Assembly (NCBI GenBank): GCA_036172245.1
Contig: JAYWIR010000001.1
Location: 11,842,001 to 11,906,000 of the forward strand
From: Raillietiella orientalis
Taxonomy: Eukaryota
Reading direction: 5' to 3'
DNA length: 64,000 bases
Positions 23,810-37,557 of this stretch are shown piece by piece. The translations under genes and the position numbers were made by a program. Positions within the stretch are counted from its first letter, which is position 1, and each line of letters starts with the position of its first letter. The notes beneath the pieces were generated by a model. That model saw only the letters and a program-made list of their open reading frames with translations, searched no databases and was not told the DNA's origin.

Positions 23810-26800
23810 TGCTAGTGACTAGTACTTCGTAAGTTCCTTCCAGGTGCCTTGAACATGCATTTGCAGGACATTTCGATTGAACTCTTAGAAAATAGTTCAT
23901 CAAATCATTAAAAGCCAAGGATTGTTTGTATAATTTGTAGAGTTCTCAATTCTACAGTGTGAAATCAAATTGCCGTACGTCGGGAAAAAACAAAAAAAAC
24001 TGGGCATGCGGGTCTTAAACGTTGCCACCGCCCTATCTTGTTCTCTGGGGGAGAGGAGTATTTACGGAAACGGTTAATCTTGGACGCACTTGAAATATCT
24101 CGGATGCCTGTAACGTACTTTGCACATGTGTACTGTTTGTTTCTCAAATTAGAAAGTAAACAATGAGTTGGTTTCTGCGATAGGTGCTCTGAGGTCGTTA
24201 AAAGTTTTACCCAAGAAACGAAGAGCACTCCCGAAATCTCTGCCCAACAGTTTCCGTTGATGGCTTTTTTTTCGAGACGTGTTTACTCGTACTTTCAGCC
24301 GGAAAACTTAACATTGTGGTAGGTCTTCTAAATAAATTATCTACCTCAAAATAGAGTGGATTCTGGTTTACTGTGCTAGTTTTCTTTGTGAAAGTTACTT
24401 CATTATCTTAGAGTTGCAGAAGCCACGTGATGTTGGTCCAAATGGCGTAATACGTTAAACCCTTCAATTGAACGTTTTTGAGCATTTCGGAATCGTTTCA
24501 AAAGTGCTCATCAGAAATTTCAAGTGTTGTACTGTGTTCAATGCTAGTGATCATCCTTGCGATGTAAACGTGAAACCTCTGTTCTAAGATTAAAGTTCAA
24601 GTCGAACTTTCATTTTACACAACGCGATGAGTGAGAGTTGTAGGCTGTCAAAGCAAAATAGCGACGGAACATTAATTTTTCAAAAAGTATGCCCGCAGTT
24701 TTTTATTTATCAGTTTCAGAGAAAATGAACTTTGCAAAAAGAAAACAAAATTAAAAATTAAAAAAATGGGATCTTAGTCTTGGAAACTCGCCTAATTTTA
24801 ATTTTCATGCATAGTAATCTTCCATTATGGAGAGGGTGATTAATGGCAAATGGTATCTCTGCATTCGATCGGCTTTTCTGTAATTGAAAGTTTTTAGTTA
24901 TTTACATTCTGCTTTTTCGAAATGAGTCGTGCATCCTGTTTTGGGAGACAGGTACCAAAAATATTATGTTTTAGCGATTAGTGATTTCAAACAAAGTGAG
25001 TACAGCTTTTACTGTCCAAGCATCATTCGATGCTGTCTTCGTGATCCTATCTATAGAACTATCCTCGAATTTCACATGGAAAAAACGGTCGAATTACAAG
25101 CACAAATAAATTTCCATATGCATCAATTGAAGAAAACGAAAAAATGCAGAGGGTCATTCGAGACATTTGCATTCATGCTGGTGATCAGGTCTCCGCACCT
25201 TCCCTTCCAGAACTCTTCGTCAACCAAACTGCATGAAATTTATGCTAACACTTTCTGTAGGTAGTTAAAGAGGAGCAGCCAATCCACTTCTCTTTAGCAA
25301 TTCAGTGAATGTTACTGCCTGTAAGGAGTTATGAAAAGAATTCCGTTTTTTCAAAAATTTTTACTCCAGACGAAAAGCTAGCGTTTCCCTACAATTCGTT
25401 CTCAGCTCGTCATATTCCAGCCGTTCGCCAAACCCTGGGAAACGCGCGCGCATTTTTTCCCCACGCCCCAACTTCCACTCCATCCTCTTATCCTCAGACG
25501 ACCGCACCTGTTGATCTTCTTTCAACCAACGCCTCCTTTCAGAGAAGCAGACGCATTCCAGAAGCATTTTCGCGATGTCGTCCCTTGCCCTCGGCTGCTA
25601 ATCTTCGGATGCTCTGAAGACCTTTCTCGTCCCGAACCTTCGCGCCAAAGCAATGCAAGGGTTGCTGCCACGTCGGCTGCCGAAGGAACTGCGCAGGCTG
25701 CTGCCGAGCTGTTTTGGACACGGACGCAAGCGGGCCGCAGACGTGCGCAGAGGCGCAAGAAACTTCCCTCTCCGCACAAGGGAAAGGTTTCGGCAGCTGC
25801 GAAGAGACGCCGCGGTCTCAGGCGTGGTTCGCGCGTGGAGCTCAAGGAGTGACCGCCACGCCCCGCACCTGCATCTGCCGGCGCCGGCAGGCGCTCCTCG
25901 TGGATCCCGTTTCCTCGCTTCTCGGGTGGAAGCAGGAAAAAATGCTCGGGGAGCGATGCAGCGAATGCTGCGATTCCGTCGCGGAGGTCTTGGATCGTGG
26001 TGCGCGCGACTTCCCGTGAAGCGGGTGGAGGGGCTGGAAAGGGTTGAGCCGTTGAGCTGGAAAGGAGCACTCGCTGCCACTCAGTCCCGGCATCCTCCCT
26101 CCCCTCCTGTAAGACACTCTCTGTCAAGAAGAGGAAATATCTAGGACTTTTGGTGTTCCAAGTGGTTGCAGGGATGATGGACGCTTTAGTGAAACTGCAA
26201 AACACAGGACTGACTGAGCCAATACGACCCAACAAAGAATCGCTGACTTTAAAACCTCAGCGATTAGATCCTCGCCAGACAGGTCAGTTTTATCCTGCTG
26301 ATGAATGGTTGTTGCGATAGAAACCCTACTCAGCACGCGAGGAACCGCAGATTCGGATTTTTGGTACACGCCCTTCGTCGAACAGCCAGCGGAGCGAAGT
26401 CTCAATCCGTTGGACCATGCCTGAACGTCTCTGAGGCAGAATCCGTCCTAGTCGAGAGCAACGATACCGTCGCACTCCCGGCGTCGGACGGACAGGATTG
26501 GCATGCCGGGACGTTCCTTCTGTTCTCCAGGGACGTATACCGCCGCCGCCATCAAGTCCCGGAAAAAGTGAAAATCCGATGTCCTTTCGAGCAGCGCGAA
26601 CAGCATCTGCGCGCAGCGACTCCGCCCGTAGACGCGCGCGTTTGAGGGGTATCGAGCATTCCATATGGCGAACTTGGAGGTGTCAAATCACCCGCACACG
26701 ACTTACGTACCGACCGGTGTGTTTTACGTGATAGAGCAGCCATCACACTGCGATCTACTGAGGCTAAACCCTTCTGGTCGAGGATTTGTAATGTCAGCGA

Positions 26801-29800
26801 GTCGTCTTTAAAGCACATGTTCTAAAACATGAACACAGTACTAACGTGTTTATTAGCAGCTTCTCTTCTTAATGACATGAGCATCATGAAGAGATTACAG
26901 TGGAGCTCCATCGCCATTTTATTCGAGTCGTTAGCGAGTATTTCAAGAGATTTACTGCCTTTAAGAAATAGAGGAAACCTGAGAAATCAAAAGGAAATAA
27001 ATCTGACGGATAGCGTTGCATTGTATGCAATGCATATGTGTGTGTGTAGATATATGACATGCCTACATACGCATAGCAAAGAAAATAAAAAGTGAATCGA
27101 TGGCTGAGTATCAGAAATATTAATAATAAATTCCTGAAATCACTTTTGGGATCAATAAAGTCATTCCAGGATGGGCTCTCTTTTCCCTAATGGTCCCCAT
27201 CCTAAGAATCAGCCGCAGATCGCACAGCAGAGTTCTTGATATTCCATCTGTTGTTTCAAGTTCTTACAAATTCAATTCAATTCTTTCTTCCTTTTTTTTA
27301 CGTTATATGAACGAACGTCCTCTAATGTTACCAGAGGTCTGAGCTAATAAAGGAAAATGCTAGATGCACGCCTCATAGCAAGGAGGTCAATTACAGTTTC
27401 AAGAATTCTCTCTGGTCGAACAAACCCCCAAAATGTGTTCTCGACCAAACACGTTCACCATCGCTGTTCTGTTCTAGGACACTTCCGATTGTTTCTATAA
27501 GAAAGCCACGTATCCAGGAGCATTTTGCAGTGAGCGATCCGTGCTCGGAGTCAATCAAACTTAATGCAGATGTCCTTCACAAACCGAGCTGCTATTGCAC
27601 GCTCGGATCACAGCTGATGTAGCAAATGTGCTTCTTGCATACGGATTGCTAACAACAGACAGAAAACGCTGCAATATGTAGGTTCCTTATTGGAACACAT
27701 CAAAGAACACACAATGCAATGGCCTTGAGTGAGGTAGTGTTCCTATTCAGTTATTACTACGGTTATGCTCTTCATGTGCTACAAGAACGCAAGGAGGTCC
27801 TGTACTGTTTCTCTCTCTCAATGGGCACAGTGCGCAAATGCCGGGGATGATCTTCAAGGCAGAAGCAAGTTTAATTTCATGCCTGCTCCCGAACTGGTGC
27901 ATCGCCTTATGCTCGTATTCACTCATCGTCATCGTAAACACCACCACCCCACAGTTGGCCACACGCACGAAGTGATGTCACGTGCAGAACGTGTTTGGGA
28001 GTGCTCAGCAACGCCACGCGTGCGCCGCGAAGAGACTGCAGCTTCCAGTGACCCCGTGCCGACACCTTCCAGCTCTGCAAGTGAACAACAAACCCTCACG
28101 GAGCGTTTGGACACTTTTCTGAATGCACTGAGACCAGATTACGATATGAACACGCAGAGATTTCTGAGTGAAAGGAGTACCTTTTGATCCAATACGAGTC
28201 TCTGGTCTCAGATGAAGAAATTCTTCTTCCCGATTTATCGTCACAACACGATCCTGCATGGAATCCAGCGGAAAACGAAGTTCCGCTGGATTTTGCGCTG
28301 GTGCAGGGATGCATCGCACCTTTCACTTCGGTCATGTTTGGCATGACCAACGGAAAAGCGCTTGCCCTCTCTGGAAGCCTTCACGGCCTATCAGACAGAG
28401 TGTCCACTTGAGCCTGACTTGCTCGACAACGGGGTGGAGGTGGGGGTGGGGGACAGTGCAGTTGACTGCAGGCTGTGCCATCCCATCTCATCTGCTCTAT
28501 CTTGGGAATTTTCATTGCTGGAGGATTTAAACTTCTAGGGCGACTCCTCTAATGCAAGACCTCAAAATACACACAGTTGAGCGTATCTGTGTGAGATTCA
28601 CGTGATGCATTCGTTGCGCTGGGCAGTAAAATAATTGAAATTCTTGCGATAGTAGAAACAGCTCTACTATGCCAACATTGGGGGATCGTCAGCTGAATTC
28701 TGCATCTGATCTCCTGGGTCTGACCATGTAGACACGATACCGAACCTGTTTTCTAAAAACAGGGAAACCTCAACAGTTCGCGTGAAAGTGTTCCATCTAA
28801 GCTGTGGATGCTCTGTGACGTAAGCGAAGTGTATTTCTTTCAATGAGAAAAACAAGGAAGCATGGACATCTCCATCTCCGATGGGAGACTATAGACAGTG
28901 TTTTCATTGCCTAAATGCATTCCCGTCCCTGATTACCAGGGTTTTCCTGCGGTACCATGGATGAGGAATTCTCCATGCTCGGAAATGTCTTCCTCACATC
29001 CTTTCTGTAGCAACGGTTATAAAGAGCACAAAGTTCTTTCTACAAAGCGCATTCTTGTGTTCCACATATGTTTCCTGCAAAAACTCTCTGCTATTTTGCG
29101 AAATCTGTCTTATTTTTCCTGACAATTCTTTATCTGTGTGCTGCACGATGCTCTTCGATAAGTTTTCTAGAACAAGAAACATGAGGTAAGCGAGCGGAAA
29201 TTTAAGTTTCAAGATCATATTTATCTGGAGACAGAGGATCCGAGTTTTCGAGAAAAGAAGTGGAAACTTTCCATGGTTTCTCAATCTTTCCCAAATCCAA
29301 AATGGGTTTCAAGGCGCGGCGATGAACGAAGAGTTGGCTCCAAAGTACGGGTAACTCTCTTGTGCCAGAAAGACTATTACTATTTAGTGATTTGCTGCAC
29401 ACACACACACACAAAAATCGATATTCCAGAAGTTAAAAAGCTAGAGAAATTCAATGGAAACATAGAAAGGTTAGGAAACGCTCCTGTGTGGAGCCACCTC
29501 TTCGAAGTACCCGTCCGAATCCTCACTGTCTGTCACTACTTCATTGAGGTTTCCAAACAACGGCATTCAGAGAAGGTGAAATTTTCGAGAAGCGGTTTGA
29601 ATTCGATGGGAGTATAACAGCTGCATTGAGAATCACTCATTGATTCAGTCATGCAGTAGAAGAACTATGAACCAAAGCACGTTCAAACATTTGAACTTCC
29701 ATTCTTTCATTCATTCTCTTATCAATCATATTGCGCTGGAGGAACGGATGCCAAATTTTTTTTTTTTCAGTTGCATGGTTATTTTCTACATCTATAACCT

Positions 29801-32641
29801 CGTGCCATGCACACCAGAAATTTACTATCTGGCAGCATGGCACACTTTACTCCTTCAACTGTATGCTTGAAATTTTAGAAGCCCATAAGCTCTTGAATAA
29901 AAGTGTTTGACTTGAATTCAGTAATACAATTCGACTGTTGAGTTCATTTTAAGTCCCTATTACATATTACTGCTCTGTAAAGTACAAATTCAGTTTATGA
30001 TTTGCATTAGTACATTCATTGCTGCTTTCGTGTTGATTAGTTTGAGATACCTCCTTTGAACTTTCGCGGTGTTTAGTGTTTTAGGTATGCCGAATTTCCT
30101 TTTGGCGACTGTTATCTCACGTCCTAATTATTTGATGCTTGAAGTTCGTAGTAATTTTAAGTAATAATATGACAGCTAGTAGGAAGAGTGCACGGCGAAT
30201 CGCTTTACATGAGACTAGGATTTTGGAAATTGCTTTGTAGATACGAAAGCTGAATAGAAATGAAAGCACCAGCGTGCGCGGATGGCTTTGGTTTGAATCA
30301 TTTTGTTTTTACTGGTGCTTTTTGCATTCAGTTGTAGTTCTTAATGAGAACACACAAGCTATCTTGAGGAGCATTATGAACGTGAGCTTCTATATATCAT
30401 CTTAGATGCTTAACTTTTAAGAGAAGTTTGAAGGGAGAATTTTGTCAATAACAGCGCTTTTTCCCTTTACAAAATTAAGAAAATCATATCCGTAATTCAA
30501 GTGTAGCTTAAAATAAGAAATTAACTGAATACTGGAAAGTTTCATAATCTGTACAATAAGCTCGCATGTTTTCTGTCGCCGCAAGTCTCATTTGATTTCT
30601 TGACTTACCTCCGTATCTTTAGAAATCATCGTTCCCTCTAAGAAAATTTAACTCAACGACTACAAATGCTAGCAGAAGTTAAGTAAGCAGCGCTCCCAAT
30701 TAGATCACAAATTAACTTGATTAATTCATTTTCACATCAGATATCTTAGATCTGTCATTTTACCGTTCGCTCTTTCTCACAGATGGGAATGATGCGTGGC
30801 ATATAGGCATGCTGATAAGATGTTCGAAAAGCAGTTGCGATTTATCGAGAAAGCAGTACGTCATCTTATTCGATTCGGCTCAGGAATCAGCGAACAGCAG
30901 AGGTATTTGGTCTCTGTCGTTGGCAAAACATTCCTGATGTGATATCCAACTGGGCGCATTCAAACTAAAACTAATAATATTGTGGGGTTCTTCTGATTAA
31001 AAAAAAAAAAACACACACAACCAGATTATCACTTTTTTTTTTTTGTCGCTGTAATTGCAACCAACTTCCATGAACAAAGCGGTGAAATGAAGAAACTTCA
31101 TTTGCAGAAGCACGAGACTTTATTCAAATTAACCTCATGATAAATAGGACATCCAGCTACAGTTTTAAAATGATTGAAAATAAATAATTGCTAGTAGATG
31201 GGTTGTATTAGTCTCCTGCCTGAGGATTAGAAATCAGATCCAAACCCATAGATTGGTTTTAACATTTATGTCAAGGAATGACTCATAAAGAATGAGGATT
31301 ACCAAAAAAATAGCATGACAACCAAAAGCTGCAGTTCATCTGAAATTAGGAAATAGTCTTCATCTTTTTTGGAACATGATAAAAACATCTATCCCAAAAT
31401 CAGCTTTGTAATTGAAATGAAGCTAAAAAATTTAAGTAGCACAGCAATGATATCAACTCGGCGACTGACAATTCTATAGAGACTTTATAATAACGTACAC
31501 AAAAATAAGTACTAGTTGATTTAATCTCAATGAAAAACTGTGGACAAATAATAAAACTAATCCTCTAAGTTTCCGAAATTGCGAACCGAATTTTAGTTGC
31601 AATTCCAATATGTGATTTTCTACCATCTCCATTAATTAATACTGACTATGTCATTAATGGAGATGGAACAAGGAAAATGTATAATTTTTTAAAAACAGTA
31701 ATTCTTCTTCCTCACATATGGGGAATTTCAAATAAAAATTATTGTTCCCACCACTTTCATAATTAGAAATTACCCGAAGCTGTTTCAGATCAGTGGCTTA
31801 AAGATTTTCTGCTTATTATAGAAATTATCTGACGGATACAAACTGTAATTCCTATGTCTGAGATCAAATAGATAGAAAAAACAATGCTTTCAAGGCATTA
31901 AGTAAAAGTGATTTATAAATACTTATATTACTTTGAAATCTTATAGTAAAAGCAATAAAACAAAATTTTTCTGAATATATACAGTAAACCTAAATTTGCA
32001 GCTCCAGTGACTAACCCTTCGTTATTTAGTGAGTATTTTTTTATTGAATATTTGAGTCTGGCAATCGTTATTTCTTCCAGCACAAAAAAACAGAATGCAT
32101 TTTCATTTTTTTTTGTAAAATCCCTCATAATACTCTTTGAAATTTCATTTTACGTTGATCAAGAAGCAAAATGGTATTTGTATTGATCTTTCGTCAAAAA
32201 TTTTTTCTGTAATCTGGCCCTTTGATTTTAATTTGAACGATTTTTGAAACGTGTATTGACCAGAAAGTGCCTCAACCGAAACTTTAATATCCTACGGTGC
32301 AAGATACACATGCAGACCTTAAATATGTTGTTGTAAGCTCATGTAATTATTGAATTCAGTGCACAAGGCAATCGTGTACCAGAAAAAAAAAGAAAAAAAA
32401 AAGGTGGATTTTATGGAATTGCCTGTGAAACGTTAATTTGTAGTATGTAGCGTTCACAAAGTTTGTGCCCCGGATTTGTTTTTTGTTTTTTTTCGTATGG
32501 AAGAATGCAATTTATGTTTTTCTGTAGTGGAAAGTTTCGCACATAAAATATCTCAAAACCTTGATTCATTATTTTTAGTCAATACATTACTGAAGTAGAT
32601 CGTGTTCGTTGTGATCTTTAGTACTTCATATACATTAAATA

Positions 32642-33667
32642 ATGTCAGAATATAGCATCTTGAAGCGCGGTAAATTGAAGCTAAAAGGGGAGAAGACCAG
32701 CAACACAAAGTAAGCAAGTGGTAAAAAGAATCACTGTTCATTCTTTCACAGAAAGAAGCTGAAGAAAAGGAAACATCATTGTGATGAGGAAGTTTTGGTA
32801 CCAAATGAAGAAACAATAGCACATGGTATAATATGATGCTGACTTTTTTTGTATCCCTTCATTTGTTTGTCATGAATTTTTTTATGACTGCAGGAGGATG
32901 GTGGGAAATAACTTCTTTTGAAGACATCCGTGGTCAGGTATCATTAGAATTGCTGCCACATTCGTATATCAAAGCTTTAGATGATGGACTCTTAGTGTTG
33001 GGAGCACCTCATAGTGTTGGTGAGACTCGTGTACAATATCTTTCAATGATCTCCTGTAGGTGAAGGCCCAGCTCCAGAAGAGGTACTTACAGCAATACCT
33101 ATTGATGATGTCAAGTTGGCCTTCAAAACAGGCTACAACAAATATTTGGGTGTGGATGCTGCTGGCATTGTAGTAGCACGTGCTGATGCCATTGGACCAT
33201 TGGAATATTGGGAACCTGTCTTTGAGGTATTAACATGTGATTTTGTGACAACAATCCATGTGGCTGCAGAATGGAAGAACTGCCCTTTTAGCTGCCAATC
33301 AGAAGTTCGTCTCTATTGATGATGATGATAATGTTTGTGCATTTGCTGTGAAAGCTACTGATAAAGAGATGTTACACATCAGAACTCAGGTTACTAAAGT
33401 CACTGCACCCAAAGATGAAAGCCCAGAAGAGGAACATGGAAATGCAGTGCAGATTGAGATTAACTATGTGTATGTGCTTCCAAAGGCTATAAAATATATT
33501 TGGCTAATGCTTTTTATAGAAAGAAATTTCAAAAGTTCCAAGATAAGAAATTACGTGTTTGTCCACAAGCAGCAGACCATGTATTCCAAGCTAAGCAGGA
33601 AGGGAATTTGCATGAAGTTCTCTTAGATCGTCGAGAAAAAATGAAATCAGACCGTTATTGTAAATAG
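32642..33667 (+). CDS. FRG1: Protein FRG1 homolog; join(32642..32709,32752..32825,32894..33019,33060..33226,33270..33469,33520..33667)
   Basis: Typical FRG1 segments: N-terminal MSEYSILKRGKLKLKG plus Lys-rich NLS, YIKALDDGLLVLGAPH, GEGPAPEE, FKTGYNKYLGV, ADAIGPLEYWEPVF, EINYVKKFQKFQD, and C-terminal GNLHEVLLDRREKMKSDRYCK*. GT-AG introns of 42, 68, 40, 43 and 50 nt. Confidence 0.96.
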
Positions 33668-36088
33668 TGTTTGAGTTGCAGAACCAAACTTTGAAGAATA
33701 AGGGCTGTTGAAGCTTCCTGGATGACCAAGCATCTGATACACCATTATTTAGCGAAATGTATTTGTGCTGACGTTTTTCAGTAATCAACACAGTCAATTA
33801 GACTATGCAAAGTATGAATACAGTTACAACTTTGCATGTAGTTGTGGCAAGGACTATATTTTTAGCATATAGCACTTAGGTAACATCAAAGTATAAGTGT
33901 AAATTGATATAGCTTGCAGGTGCTTGCTTGTTTAATGAATTTGCATTTTCATTAAAACAACAACAGTGCGAGAGTGAGTTCATGGCAAGAGATTCAAAAT
34001 TTTCATTCTAAAATATTCCAAATTTAAAACAATTTAAACTGGAACATTGGCTTAGAAATTGTTTCAGGATTGATTAGAAAATGCTATTTGTAACAACACA
34101 TTATGGAAATGAAGATCAAAGCAGGTTAAACTATATGACTTGGGTTTATTTCATTCAGGCTATTGGCTGCTTTGAGGACAAGAAGCTGCAAGTGAAAATT
34201 TTCAAATTTTTTTTTTTTTTGTCAATGAAAAACCATGTATAAATTAATGTAGCATAAAGATTCTTATAAATGTTTATTTTAAAATGCAATGTGATGAAAG
34301 ACATGCTCTAGAAGTTGCTTTTCCAACACCTGGCTTCATTTTGATGCATAGGAGTTTGCCATTAGTGGCATGTACATTTCCTTACCTATTGTTATGTCCA
34401 AAAAGCCTAAAGATTTCAGCAGCGTTTCCTTGTTGTGCTTATTTCTTTGTGCACCCAAAACAAAATGGGGAAACCAACGATGTTCATAATTGGGTAACTG
34501 TAATGTAATGTAATGAATTTTCACTTATCTTTCTGCCATTGTCCAAATATATAACATAAATTGCAAGGCAATAGCAACAATTTAAAGTGGACTGATCCAG
34601 GAACTTCTTAACTTTAGCACTTTTGTTCTTCAACAGCGTAGTCAACTGCTTTTATATTGACTATTGTAATATACATTTCAAGCTGGGTAGTTGGTGAAAC
34701 CCTTTCACACCCATTAGTCAAGTACCAAATCAATTAATGATCAATTAATGACGACATAATCTCTACTAATCTCTTCACGATTTTTTTGCACTTATCATTG
34801 GCGGATAAAGTTTGAAAGTAGTTTAGATGATAAGTTTTTTTTGTGTGTCAAAAAGCTTGGTGACTGACTTCCCGGATTAGTTTGCATGTGTACATTAACT
34901 GTGACAAGTTGCAACAGAAAAATTTCTACATTCTATCAGGTGACAAAATGCTGCGAAATTCCCGTAAAAAAAAAACAAAAAAGATATAAATGGAAACACA
35001 CCATTCCCTACATCCGAAATAAAAGTACGTAATATCCCTTCTGTAATGCAGTTCAAGCACATTTTCGCATTTACTTAATCACTGGGAAAGTTATCTAAGT
35101 TAAAAGGGTTACAACATACACTGAACATTAAACACTCTAAAATTGTAATTTTTTTGGATCCATATAGCATCCTTGATAATTGAGTTCAAAACTGTGACAT
35201 CCTTGAAAGTTGTCATTCTAATTTCATTACAGACACTCTTCCCATATACCATGAATAGTAATTACAAAGGGTACTTAACACAGTTACTTTAGATATGCAA
35301 ATTCACTATCACAAATTTGATGACATGTAGTCAGTCACAAAGTAGGCGTACTTCTAAAACTAAGTAATTTCCACTCACTGACAGGCTAAAAAAAACGGGA
35401 CAATTCAACTTAGGTTCGGAGCTGGAATATGTTTCCCGGGCAAATGAGCAACCCAATGCCACAATATTACCAATAAAGGAACAATACGATGATTTACTTA
35501 CATATTTGTGAATCTGTCGGTGAGAATCACATAACGGGTAAACGCACTATGTTTGTTTAACACATCTTGTATAAAACATCGAAATGCCGACTGCATTTTA
35601 CTAACCTAAACGAATCTCCTGAGGGACACTCCAGTGCCACTTCCCACAGCGAATCTCACCAAGTGCCCTCTAGAAAGCAGATCAGAGCACCTGAGGGCAC
35701 GATTCTCTTTTCCATTACACCTATAGCTAGCAGGATCTCGGATTGTGCTTCTTTTCCCTCGTTTACATGCACCAAGACGCGACCTGCGAGACTTTTAGAC
35801 TTCAGCCTCTTTCCATAACACAGCTGATATAAATATGATGAGGATGTACTACGTCACACAGCAAAAAGTCAATGAAAATCCACCGTGAATAACTTCCGGT
35901 TGTACAAAAGGAATGCCACTGCACAGGTAGGTTCTGGAAGAGCTATCTTCAGAAGTGTGACCTCCCTATCTTCCTGGTAATTTTCCTGTCTCGAACGTCG
36001 GAAAAGTCTCGAAAGATGTTGAACAGGTGGTCACTATGGCACTCATGGGGAGTTTGGGAAAATAAATGCCTTGATAGGGTCATTGGGG

Positions 36089-36370
36089 TGTCAGTTGGGT
36101 GCAGGAGAACTTTGGCTATTCTATTCTATCCCGACAGGAGAGCCCACACTCTAGCAAGAGGTGTGGGGATCGTTTCGATCCTGTCGGCCTTTGGAAAGTT
36201 TGGGGAGTTCACGTGGATCTACCGATGGCAGCGCTGACTGAGTGGGGAGTCCCCCAGTGCAAGGAGAGGACGGCCACACCACGAACAAGCTCGAGAGTTG
36301 GTGTGCTGCGTGCTCTCAACCTTCCGGTGGTCCTGCGATTCCAACTGCCCAACTGATGGGCACGCCCGTC
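36089..36370. ncRNA. Candidate structured RNA (unassigned)
   Basis: Nested complementary segments seen by eye: TCAGTTGGG/CCCAACTGA, GCAGGA/TCCTGC, CCGACAGGA/TCCTGTCGG, CCCACAC/GTGTGGG, GAGAG/CTCTC and CACACCA/TGGTGTG. Confidence 0.35.
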
Positions 36371-37557
36371 GAAGGGTCGAACCGAAGTTATCCACATCGT
36401 GAAATCTGGACTTGATATTCTGTGTTGCATGCGTGTTACCTGGCCACATCCGTCTAAGGAGACGGGAACTGGCTACGCGAATCAAGACGACTGAGCGCGC
36501 AAGATAGCTCTGTCAGATGAGGGATCTGCAATGCAGTTTCACATTCTTTGATCTCCTCCGTTGGGATGTCCGTTTGAGGCAGCGATAATCAATCTACGGC
36601 CCGCTTCTATGTGCGGCCCATATCATTCACAGCCCCTAAGTATTTTTTTAAACTTCTGATAGTCGGGGAGTAGTTTTTACAAAAGGCAAGTCACGAGCGG
36701 TTGGCACTCGCAAGCACAGCGCCTCTCGCGGGTTGTTGTTTGTTTGTTTCGTGTTTGCGTACAATAACGTTGTTGTGTACAGTTTCGTTTCTTATAATTT
36801 TAAGTGTTCGTATGCAGAAACAATACAGTCTGTGCTCAACTCACCACAATTAAAAAGGTATTTGTTTACATCCATATTCCTCAGATTTGTTTGCATAAAA
36901 TATGTGAATGTAAAAAGAATTATATTGTGTTAACATTTCTAGGCTTAATTAAAGTATATTAATGAAAAATTTTTTTATATGATTATATTATAATATATAA
37001 CGTACTATATTAAGCCCACGTAATGTTTCCAACTTATGTATGTGGCCTGAGAAGAAGAGAGGTTGAGTATCTCTGGTTTGAGGGCTGCCACTTTGTAATA
37101 GAATGAGCAGCGGCGGATGATAGGCGGCCAAAGAGTGTGCAACACGGGGAGACTTTCTTTGGGAGGTCGGCATAAACAGCACGCAGATCATATGAAAAGG
37201 AAACCACAGACATCCCGCGTCTGTGAGAGCGGTTTGAATCCGATAAGCGCATCATGCAAATTTGGCTCCTATGGATTTATTTGCGGCAGGCACAATGGTC
37301 GTCATTTCCTAGAAGAAGGACACTACCTAGCCAAATCTACCTGCATAACAGGGAGGAGCTAGTCGTAGAAAAAGGGTGTGACCGAGTCGGAGTATTCCTC
37401 GAGTCCTTATCTAGAGGAGACAGACGAATCCAAAGGAATTTTGAACCCTGCCAACGCAGTTACCTGGAGCGGTGCCTGATTTGAAAAAAATCGCTCCCGA
37501 CAGGAGGATCAGGCCCTCATTGGAGGTAGTGCGGACTGCGGTCTCCGCAAGCGGTGC

